DNA of 64,000 bases from assembly GCF_963676685.1 (NCBI RefSeq), contig NC_092345.1, positions 61,194,001 through 61,258,000 of the forward strand. Direction: 5' to 3'. Under the pieces are notes generated by a model. It searched no databases and was not told the DNA's origin. It worked only from the letters and a program-made list of their open reading frames with translations. This DNA comes from Mytilus edulis (lineage: Eukaryota). The position numbers and the translations under genes were made by a program. Shown piece after piece: positions 1 through 64,000 of the stretch. Positions within the stretch are counted from its first letter, which is position 1. Each line of letters opens with the position of its first letter.

Positions 1-201
1 AGAATTCATTCAGTTTATTCCCACAAATCAATTTTAAGATATGAAGACAAGATTGTTTAGTTCCTTAGTATTAAGTTGAGTAATTTTCAATAGAGTCATG
101 TTAAGAAAAATATATCTAATTTTGTTAGGGATCACCCCCTTGTAACACTATAGATGTTCTTACTGTTGACATGTATTAAACACATGAATACCTTGTACAC
201 T

Positions 202-210
202 TGGGTGGTC
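202..210 (-). promoter_or_regulatory. Perfect GLI consensus binding site (GACCACCCA on - strand)
   Basis: TGGGTGGTC at 202-210, about 750 bp upstream of the putative gli ATG. The motif is seen directly; function is inferred. Confidence 0.55.
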
Positions 211-963
211 TTTGTGAGCTATGGAAAAATCAAGTGAGGCCTGCTTGGTTTAACGTCATCAGATCATACCATTTTACATTATGGGGCAAAAAGGTCATAA
301 TTTAGATATCGTTATCTTGTTTATTTTATTAATTTGATATTTTTTTCTTGAAAACAATGTATATTATCAAGTATATAACAACTCTATTGCATTTTTGTCC
401 ATTTTGAGGGGAAGAATAGGAAAAGATTGTCTACTTGAGTTTGACCTGTTTCACCTCAGTCATTGAATCCTTCCATCCCACCATAGTAGTTTTCCCAAGT
501 TGAAACTGTCAAGAGATGATCATCTTAAAAATTAAAAGATGGTGAAAAAGTGGTAAATTCTGTGATTTGTGTTGTTTTATTTGTATTTTATCCATTGAAT
601 TATGTAACCTGGATTTGTAAGTTTTTTGAAAAATTTCAATGCAGCTCAAGAAAACTTAAGGAATTCATCACTTGTTGCTTTCGGAAACTTTTAAATTTGC
701 TCCGATTGAATGTTTAAACCATGAAGTTTTAAAAATAATGGATTAAAACAGGAATTTTTGCAGATCTTTAATGCATCTGATAATTATGTTGGAATAATTT
801 TTGATACTGTAAAAAAAGTGAATTGGAATAAGGAATATTAGATAAATCCTAAGGCATTCATTGTATTATGGAATATTTAATTCAAGAAGTTTAAAATTTG
901 GATTTATAAAATTTGGAATTTCAGTTCATATTATGTTGTGTGATGAATGCAATGGAGGGATAA

Positions 964-53858
<52,895 letters not shown>

Positions 53859-56800
53859 TTATGTGTTTTTTTATATTCAGAATTCATTTGCATGATATGT
53901 GAAGTTACTAATTGTTGTTAGAAAATACACAATACATTTAATTGTTAGAAGAATATATCACCATTTGCTCAGAAAGAAGATTTATATTGAAGAGGATGAT
54001 TTTTATGTAAAATTTATAGGAGCACTTAAATTGTTCTAAGGTGTTCTTACGAGGAGAAAACAACATTGAAATATATTTTATGGAATATTGTATTAGTTTC
54101 AAGTTTGATGTTTACTGATTGAATGGAGAGAATACTTTTGTATACAATAGAACCTTATTGTTGGTATACCAATGATGATTTGGATTTGTTATTGGTTAGT
54201 TATGTTAATGATATATAGTAGACATTAATCATCCTAGTTTTTGTTAAGACATAAGTGAAAGTATTTGTTCTGTTAGTGCTTCCAATGAAAAAGAGCTGAC
54301 ATTTTGCTCTCTAATTGTTATGAATTACATGCATGTATAATGGAGTTTTTGGTGCGTTTTTTATCATGTTAACTGGTGCTGTACGACTATGCAACTATGA
54401 CACCTTGAATATATTTTAATGAGAATTAGCTTTTAGCATATATTTTGTACATAACATAAGAAAAGTGCTATTATTTTTAAAATAGATTTTTACTAGAAAC
54501 TTTTTACATACAGATTTTTTATCATATGTTTTTTTAGATGTTTATTGTTGCAGTTCAGAAAAATAAGTTCAGATACTTTTTCGTTAGGGGCTCAAAGTTT
54601 TCTGTGGTGAATCAAACATATAGTTATCCAGTTTATGTAGATAATTGAAGTAATGCAAAAAAAGGAATAATGACATTGTTTGGACTGAATTTATTTATTT
54701 TAGACATAAATGGAAATATAAATGCTGGCTATAATATAGCACATTTAACTTAGTTATTCCTCCTTGAATTGTAAACATTTATCCTGTATAATATCAAATA
54801 TTTCATATCTTAATTTCCAAAAAATGGTGTATCATGGCTTCATAACATTATAGAATACATCTATCGTGATTTTCTGGATTTACTTTTCTGAATAAGGCAA
54901 CAGGTTAAAACATTTGAAAATATATACATTATATAATTAATACCATATCACTTACATCTATAGATAATATTCATTTGTACAGATATTTTGTGTGTATATA
55001 TGATCACTGTAGGTAATATTGTCCAAACAACACTAGCATTTATTTTAATTGTCACATGACCACTGTATTTGATCCAATTAGTTTACCTTTTAATGGAGAA
55101 TATATGTATATGTCCTTGTCCCCTCAACCATGGTTTAGTGACTTCAGAACTTTACAATAGTTAGCAACTTTAAAGGAATCCTTTTATTATGAGTTATATG
55201 ATATTTGGTGCACAGTTATATTAGCATTAACAAATCTCAAATCCATGGATATTATATGGATCTGCTTCCTCAGTCATGGTCTTTTGACTTTGAAACATTT
55301 GGTTAGTTTCCACGTTGAAGTTTGTGATTACTGGTAAGTCAGTTTGAGATGAACCACTAATTATAACTCAATGATATTTGGTTTGCAGTTGTATTTGCCT
55401 TAGTATATTGTATTACCAGTGAGATTATTTGGCCATGCACTTCAAGTTATGATTCATTGACTTATATAGGTATAAGAAGATGTGGTATGAGTGCCAATAA
55501 GACAACTCTCCATCCAAATTACAATTTATAATATGAATGTTTTGCATAGTTGACATATTAAAGTATTACCATTTTAATTTCAATACTTGCATTTTAGAAA
55601 TTTTTTCTCTGTGTCAACAGTTAATATTTTGATAGAAAAACCCTTTCAGACAAGTGTAGGTTTTAGATGTGATTTGTTAGAATGAAATGGTCATAGATCA
55701 TATAGTGGTCATGTGACAGTCTATTTTTATATTAGAGAAAAAAACCAGAAAGCTCAAGTGAAGTTGACTGTCAAACAGTAATTTTTTACCCAGGAAACTA
55801 GCATCAAAGTTAACATCAATCTTAATTGGTACCTAGATGCATGCTTCAGATCATAATGTGTCATTCAAGCTGCTGAAGATTCAGACATTCTTAAGTATAT
55901 TTATTTTTTAATATTTTTTTTTTTTGCAATTTTTTAAGGAGTTGACAAAAAAGGGAGATTAATATTACAATTTTAAGAAAATCTGTATCAGAAATAAGAA
56001 TGAGTTCTAATTATAGGAATAATCATCAAGTCACATTTTTCGCATGAATGAAAACCTTGCAATAATTTCAGAAATTACAGTATGTACAAGTTATTTATCA
56101 CATCAAAAGATGTTTAAGCAGTATTTCAGCTTGTTGTTTTCTGGCAGTTCTGGATGATTGCTTGTATAAGTTTGTCCTTATTCAGTATGTTTGCTCAAAG
56201 TCTGATCTGTTGCTTAACATATTAGTATACCGCTACTGAACATGCTTCTCACTACAGAACCAGAACAGGATATGAATCAGATAAAAATCTTTGCATTCCT
56301 GCCATCTTAATACTTATATTCATGGTAGTTAATAATCTTTTTAATACTTACAAATTGTGACTTTGTAAAATAAACCCAATGATTTGATTGATAAGACACT
56401 CTCAACTTGTTTTTTTTTAACAAATTAGTAGAAAGTTTTAAAATTACAGAATCTCTTAACAAGAAATTGCAATCACACATTGACTCATTTTAAGACAGTT
56501 AAAGATTTATGAAAAGTTTGATATTTCCCATACATGTAATTTTTTAATTTTTATGAATTTTTTAATGCAATCTTTTAGGAAGTCTCATAATGTTAGTTGT
56601 TGTATCAAGAATCTCAAATGATTAAGAAGGATACTCATTATGTTATTATTTTAGTTTTATTTGAGGCTAAATATTAAAAAAAACTCATTGTATAATGCTT
56701 TTTATACCTAGAAATACAAAATACTCTTTATTTTTATATCTTGCATACAATACATGTATTTTGTTAACAGATACTCAGTTTAATTTTTTAAGGTGTGTTC

Positions 56801-57360
56801 AAAGAGTGCCATACTTAGTTCAAAACTCAATTAATAATTCTATGTGTAGCTCTTTAGATATTGATAGACCATAGACATTAATGCTTCTTGTGTAGTTCTA
56901 TGACTATAAATAGGCTCCTGTTAATTTTGGACCAGACAATGTTCCACACCTTAATTGTTAGTTATCAATTTGTTCACTCTTCTGTTATTGGTTTATCTTA
57001 CCAGGTGACAAATGCAGAAAAAGTATAGTTTACAGATTTTTGTAAACTGTAAAAATGTCAATAAGAAAGCTTAATGTTTAGAAAGATTTTTCAATCATGT
57101 CAATTGTGTTTCCTATGGAAATATCACAGTTCTCTATACAGAATTGATTTAAAACGAGAGTGAATAAGTCTCAGACTATGCATGTAAGCTATGATTTCTT
57201 TTTTAACTACACGAATGAGCATAATTCTGCCCTTGCAATCTTAATTTCAATTTTCTTTTTAAAATTTCAATCAAATTGAATCATTTTTATTGTGCCATAA
57301 TACATTTTACTTGTACATTTAGAAGGGTAAACATTAGAGCAATAAATTTCATACCATGTA
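53859..57360 (+). other. Probable long gli 3' UTR
   Basis: AT-rich and largely free of the transposons that fill the introns; AATAAA at 57341-57346. The 3' end is uncertain. Confidence 0.4.
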
Positions 57361-58089
57361 TACATAGTGTATTAAAAAGAGCAGGAACAAAATAATGACT
57401 CTTTTTTTCTCAGTCTGATGACTTATCTCTATCCACATTGTGTATAGTTCAACTGAAAGAAAAGTTCCCTTTGGAAAAAAAGAAAATTTAAAATTTACCT
57501 TTTATCCAAAGCTACTAAAACAAACTTGATAGTTTTAGTATTTCTCAAAGAGAACTGGCATACAATTCACCTGCATCTAACTGTTACACCTGAGCAGTTA
57601 TGATTTAAAGAAAGAAGTTCTTGAAAAAAATATTATTGATATGGCCTGTATATATATATATGGAAAATGTTCAAGTGTTTTTACTGTAGACCTCAGAAAT
57701 ATAATGAGAACGATATCCAAAAGACGTGTACAGTATGGTTGTAAGTTATACATATCAATGTTTACAAATTTTATGTATATCCACTTTGTTAACAGTTCAT
57801 GAATATTTTCTAATATTTTTTGACAAAAAAATATATTTTAATGGAGATTGTTTTTGTTCATTTAAAAGGAGCTATGCAATTTTGATTTTAATTTGCAGCA
57901 TTTAAGATCTCTGTCATTTGAACATTTTTATATCACATTTTCATGTAATAACAAACATGCATTAGTAAGATTGTGCTATAGACAATATGGTTGTTACAGT
58001 AAATCATTATTACATAAGTTTTATCTTGTTTCTTTCTGCCTTAGTGATTTCATGGTGGTATTTTTGCCTGAAGTGCAGAAGATAGCAAA

Positions 58090-59700
58090 TTTTTATGGCC
58101 CACCTAGTGGCACTATGTTTTTTGGTCTGTGCAGCACAGATTTGTTTAGCTGTCCATGCGTTGTCCATCTGTCCTTGCTTCAGGTTAAAGTTTTTTGTCA
58201 AGGTAGTTTTTGATGAAGTTGAAGTCCCATCAACTTGAAACTTAGTACACTTGTTCCCTATGATATGATCTTTCTTATTTTACTGCCAAATTACAGTTTT
58301 TACCACAATTACGTCCACTGATCATAGAAAATGATAGTGGGAGTGGGTCATCTGTGTCCTATGGATACATTTCTGTTATCTTCATCTTTGGAAAACCAAA
58401 TGTATTAGACTATAATTGTTTGCTTCTTCATTGCCAAACACAAGGCATTTTAGGAGTCTAAGCCAAGCTGTATAATAAAAAACTAACCAGAATAATAAGA
58501 AGAGAAAAGAAAAGTAACCCCAAATTTAAGTTAGTATGGACTCACAAATATAAAAAATCAGTATCAAAATACTTTACTGCAATTTAATCCTTTAGTTATT
58601 CATATCCAACAGTTATCTCTGCACACACATTATAAGTTTTGAGATTTTCTGAAGAAAAAAATGGTGGTTCCAGCAAACCTTGTTTTATAGCTAACTTAAC
58701 TTAACCTCCTGCTTGTATGACAGTTTATAGTTCTGTTACATTGACATATATGGATGAGCAACTCAAATATCCACCATTTGTTACTGTTAAAACTGTGTAC
58801 ACATGCATCACAGATTGAGACAGACCGAGTATGGCAACACAACTGATTTAAGAGAAGGTCCTTTTCAAACACAATGTTCTACCTTTATTTGTGTGAAGTG
58901 GAGGTAACCAATACAGTCATAGTAGGGACCTTCAAATGGTCAGAATAGGCCTTAAGATGAACTATGGTACTGCTATATTTGTTACTTTTCGACTCTGCGA
59001 AGCGCACGGACCCGGATGTAGAAAAAAATGTTTTCATCCTAAAGGACTTTCGTGTAGTATTTAGTCATATCACCACACCGTTGTTGGTTGCTTTGTCGTA
59101 CACCTATCAACTGACCCGGATTTTGCGTATCACCCGAGAATGTAAGTGATCATCCCCGAATTTTCTGTAGTTGTCCAGGTGATCTAATAACCCGTAATTT
59201 CGACATTTGACCCATTTTTGTTATTTAATCTTTTACGAAGTCGAAGGGGACTTTAGGTTTGCACTCCGTCCATCTGTCATTGCGGCAAATCAGTTTTCCA
59301 GACTTTTTGTCTTCGTACTTAACTCATTTTATTATTTATTTAAAAGACAAAATGGCATTTTGGGTTTTTTCCTCGTCTTTTGTAAATTGTTTGAAGAATT
59401 TAATAATAGGTATGTTGGATTTTCTTGAAGATATTGATTTGGTAATCAGTATACAGTTACAGATCAAGTTTGATTTTTTTTTTTTTGTTCTGGTCTGATG
59501 ATTTTGTGCAGAGTTATGGTTTTTGGACATAGCAAATTCACTTAAATAATCTGTTTTCAACATTTTTGTTTTCGTCATTCTTGAAGATTTTGACTTGATA
59601 CTTTTATGTAGTTTACACCATGATAAGTTATGGATCAAGTCAGAAGTTTGTTCCATTACATTGAATTTTAACCGGTAGAGGACTGTGTATTCACAGAATG
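58090..59700 (+). mobile_element. Cluster of decayed HINE-like and DNA-transposon fragments (about 58090-58376, 59100-59215, 59215-59700)
   Basis: T-run starts, GTCC/GTCT-like tracts, and a segment similar to the 33770 TIR region (CCTATCAACTGACCCGGATTTTGCG). Confidence 0.5.
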
Positions 59701-61515
59701 TTTGTGAATATACCCGAAATATAATTATGACGAGTATTTATCACTAGGTTTTATGCCTCTATAACATACACACACCTTGTGTTTCTGTTATTGAAATGGT
59801 TTAATAAAACGTTATATCTATTATGTTTGTATGGGTTGCGTATTATCAATATAACGAAACAATAAACAACAGTCACACAGAGAGAGTTTTAACTAGCTAT
59901 AAATTTTCGTTGGAAAATACCTGGACCAAGTCAGAAATTTTACAGTTCTTTTTTTAATTGCTTCCGTTGGTTAAAAACGTTTTTTTGTCATTTTTTTTTA
60001 TTAATTTCCCCTTATTGAATTTGAGTTCGTTACTTTTGTTATAATAATTTACATCCACTGACAAACTAATGAAGACAAACAATTTCAAACAAGCCAAATT
60101 TCAGTATGTTTTCTTTTTTAGCTTCTATCACGTAGATGTACTTAATGAAGTACATCACCCTTGTATCCATATCTGGTCGTAGTATTATCTGTCATTTTAT
60201 TTTTCCATTTTTTTCAGATGATATGAGTTAAACTATTTTATTTCAACTCCAATTTTTCGTCAACTGGTTTGATTGGGTATTTAGTTAAAATGTTTTCATT
60301 TAGAAATTATTAACATTTCGTTGATATATAATCAATATTTTCTTCTTTGCATAATTTTTCATTGATTTTTTCTAAATCACTCAGTAAATTCTTTCTTTCA
60401 TTATGCTGCTGTTCGTAATTTTTTTGATTGATACTTTAACACATGTATATTCTGATTGTGCTTGTCCTTGATTAAAAGAGGTACAAGTCCTCATAAACAT
60501 GTTTACAGTACATGAAACCAAAAACATGCAGTTGATTACAGGATATTTCTTTTCATTGAAATATTTAAAACATTATAACCTCAATTATCAATCCATCGTG
60601 TGCCAACTCAATGTTTCCGAACCTTAAAAGATCTTATTCTGATGATGTCAAAAGAGATTACCAAAGATAAACAATTGAGGCAAAGAGGAAGGGACTGTGA
60701 ATAATACAACTTGGACATATCCATCGTCATAGCTCTGTGTAACAGATATTCCATACATCCAATCCATTGTTAAGACAGTCTATAAGTGTCTCTTTCTACG
60801 GATGATGTTTCATCTATTAAAGGACTACATATTTTAATATATAAAAACAATCATCAAAGATACTAGGTCTTTAATTGAATACTTCAGACGTAAGTTTCGT
60901 CCACATAAGATTCATGACTGCGCTCAAGACAAAAGAGTTGAAAGACCAAAAGCAATTACTAAATTTGAGGATCAGCAATAACCAGCAATTCCAACAAAAT
61001 TGCTAAAATCTGAGTTTATTCCTTAATGCCCGTGTGAAGAGTGTATCCAAGGATTTACACGTTTTGAGAACAGTATTTTTAGGAAATGACAGGGATTTGC
61101 TTCAACTAATAAAAGTAATCTTTTTATACAATAATTTTATTCCAAATATATTTGTGTTTCATGCTCCTGGTGTCATTTTGACATGTTCAGGTTTTCGACC
61201 GCTCAAATGCAGACTTGACAATACCTACAAAAACAAATATGAAATTACAAATAATAATTATAGCATATATACAATATTAGGTCAATGTAAGGAAAATATA
61301 AACTTTTTTGTATGGGGCTGAGAAACTGGGGAATGACGAGGTTCTCTCTTCCCGGTTTTGTGCTGAATTAAATAAATGATAATAATAATAATTGTCTTTA
61401 TGCAAAGAGAATACTCAATTATTGTTCACTAATTTTACTTAGGGCCCTAATACAGTAGGAACAAAATACTTCGGTACATACAACTAAACAATAATAAAAA
61501 AAAAGATCAGAGCTT

Positions 61516-62570
61516 GTGTCGCATACCTGCATCTGCATAGGGAGGGATAAATCATACTTTGTAAACGATCAATCTGATTCAAACAAAAAAATCTCTGAAA
61601 TGGACATTATCAAGATTCTTGATTTCTTGATTGACCACACATTTGTTACGTTCGGAGGACGTGTTTTTCAACAGACTATCGGCATTCCAATGGGAACCAA
61701 TTGTGCCCCTCTTCTTGTCGACTTGTCTCTTTATTATTATGAGGCTGACTTCATACAAAAACTTCTTAGGAAGAAAGATAAGAAGTTAGGAACATCCTTT
61801 TAAGTCTACTTTCCGCTATATTGATAACGTTCTTTCACTAAATGATTCAAAATTTGGTGATTATGTTGAACGCATCTATCCCATCGAACTAGAGATAAAG
61901 GATAAAACAGATACAGTTAAGTCGGCCTCATTTCTTGACTTACATCTAGAAATTGACAATGAGGGTCGGTTGAAAACAAAACTTTACGACAAAAGAGATG
62001 ATTTCAGCTTTCAATTTCTAAGTAGCAACATTCCAGCAGCACCTGCATACGGGGTATATGTCTCCCAATTAATACGATATTCCCGTGGCGCTTGTATTTC
62101 CTATCATGATTTTCTTGACAGAGGGTTGCTGCTCACAAAGAAGCTTTTAAACCAAGAGTTCCATATGGTGAAGTTGAAATCATCCCTTCGTAAATTTTAC
62201 GGACGCCATCACGAGTTGGTTGACCGTTATAGACTAACCGTTTCACAGATAATGGCGGATATGTTCCTTACGTCGTAACTACAATCCCCTTCCCTTTCAT
62301 GAATGTGACGTACCGAATTAGACTATTTACTGGATTTGTTATAACATGATCAACACATGTTGAGTAGGATCTGCTTACCCTTCCTGAGCACCTGAGATCA
62401 TCCCAAGTTTTTTGTCGGGTTCGTGTTGTTTATTCTTTAGTTTTCTATGTTGTGTCGTGTGTACTATTGTTTGTCTGTTTGTCTTTTTTCATTTTTAACC
62501 ATGGCGTTGTCAGTTTATTTTCGATTTATGAGTTTGACTGTTCCTCTGGTATCTTTCGTCCTTCTATTTT
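61516..62570 (+). pseudogene. 5'-truncated Penelope-like retroelement RT relic with 3' flank
   Basis: Motifs FQQTIGIPMGTNCAP, FRYIDNV, SFLDL, LYDKRDDF and SNIP...YGVYVSQLIRY; in-frame TAA at 61801-61803 and a small deletion; no GIY-YIG domain after the RT. Confidence 0.85.
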
Positions 62571-63486
62571 CAACAAAAGCCTCATTTCTAAGTAAAAATC
62601 ACCATTAAAGGAAAATAACTGTATAAATAGTAAACTGATAATTTAAGTCATTTTGACATATTAGCAGATCTGATCCTGCTGATGCTCATTCTTTTTTTTC
62701 TGTTTTCAAGATGATTAAAAAACCAAATATATTTAAAGGGCAATAACTCTAATAACGAGTCCACTGAGTATCTAGAATATTTGAGGATTGTGAATTGCTG
62801 ATTATAAGCTCGTTATGAAGTTTCTATCTATCTATTACAGGTCATAAGGCAAAAAATGGGGGAAATCGCCATGGAAGGGCAATAACTTTAATAAGGAGTC
62901 GACTAATAATTTCTGACATCATGTTGACTTATTTGTAGATCTTGTCTTGCTGATCATTTCTTGCTGTTTAAAGTTTTTGTTTATCTATTATAATTTTCTA
63001 GACAATAAGCAAACATTTTATTAAATGATAAAATTCATCTTTCAAGAACAATAACTCCTATTATAAATTGTTTGACAGTTTAAAATAAATGAAATACTGG
63101 TAGACCGAGCTTCAAAATTTGAACATTTTGTTTTTGAATTTTGTACCTAGTCTAAAAACAAAATCAAAACTTGTATACTCCATAAGAATAGAAAACAAGT
63201 GTTGCATCTAATGAGAAGCCTACGTCGATTAGAACTTGACGCTCTAAAAAGTCGTTTATTTGTTTTGGCAATCATAAGACTTTTTCAAGTTTATTCGCTG
63301 AGACTTAGTGATAAGTGTTCAATTTGGCAGTCGAATCATACTTTTTACTTACTAGTATTGTCAAACAATTAATAACACATTATTTAGATTATAACTCTTG
63401 CTATAATTCGTAATTAGTAATATATATGTATCTATATTTATCTGTATCTTAATATATATTTATTTATAATATTACCTAAAGTGAAT

Positions 63487-64000
63487 TTATGGAACAGGAT
63501 CTTTTGTGATGGTAAACGTCGCCATCGAACCTTTCCACATATTTTCTCCTACATGGTCACTCTATAGCCATACACTGGCATGGTTAGCCAACATTTCTGC
63601 TGTATAATAGGTTCCTGCTTCACTACTGATGACGCTTGTGCGTTTAGTGTTCCCAAACACGTTCATGGTTAGTGCTTGGCCATTGAATTTTACGGAATGT
63701 TGAGATTGTTTGTCCCCAGTTGACATAATATACCAGGAAACCTGTTCTCCGATAGAAATATTCATTGCAGGTGTATTGAAATACATGAAACCATTGATTG
63801 CGTGCATTTGGTTGGATTCGACAAAGACAGGGTCCTTACAATCTTGTCGTCCAGGTGCGTATATGTGAGTGTTTAACTTGAAAAAGTGACTTTTTGTTTC
63901 GTCGTAGGTCTCAAAATTTAGAGCAAACTCACGATCAACATTATCAGTCCTGTAACCATCTTTATCAAGTACGCCTTTTCTACAAACTACCAAAGGTCCG
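63487..64000 (-). CDS. 3' end of a ceruloplasmin/hephaestin-like multicopper-oxidase-fold gene (runs off the window); in-frame TAG at 63562-63564
   Basis: Motifs GPLVVCRKGVL, DREFAL.F..YDE..S, SNQMHAINGFMY.N and GEQVSWY are typical of ceruloplasmin/hephaestin/factor V A domains. The frame continues past TAG to TAA at 63487-63489; AATAAA on - strand at 63459-63464. Confidence 0.8.

Noticed and set aside
54300-57300. Individual miRNA seed matches in the putative 3' UTR
   Set aside because: 6-7-mers are expected by chance over several kb and cannot be supported without conservation data.

Overview
AT-rich animal genomic DNA, not prokaryotic. The repeat families suggest a bivalve mollusc, probably Mytilus-like (inference). 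Most of the window (964-53858, + strand) is one GLI/Cubitus interruptus (GLI2/3-like) Hedgehog-effector gene. I assembled it by hand into 17 coding exons with GT-AG junctions, all in matching phase: 4944 nt, about 1647 aa; exon 1 is the least certain. The protein has the N-terminal EGRY motif, the SUFU-binding SYGHL motif, five C2H2 fingers, the PKA cluster, an M/N/Q-rich region and the conserved C-terminal motif. The introns are full of non-autonomous DNA transposons: TA-, TTA/TGA-, 6-bp- and 8-bp-TSD MITEs; Helentron-like elements carrying satellite arrays, including a triple nest; and an internally deleted Academ-like element. They also hold minisatellites and decayed hammerhead-like motifs. 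Downstream lie a Penelope-like RT relic and the 3' end of a convergent ceruloplasmin/hephaestin-like gene. I found no clear wholly new system. The best leads are: (1) a 69-bp minisatellite built from the gli exon-3/donor junction, giving an array of decoy splice sites; (2) a perfect GLI consensus site upstream of gli itself, plus uORFs at the start codon; (3) a multicopper-oxidase-like domain with substituted copper ligands whose homology continues in frame past a TAG.
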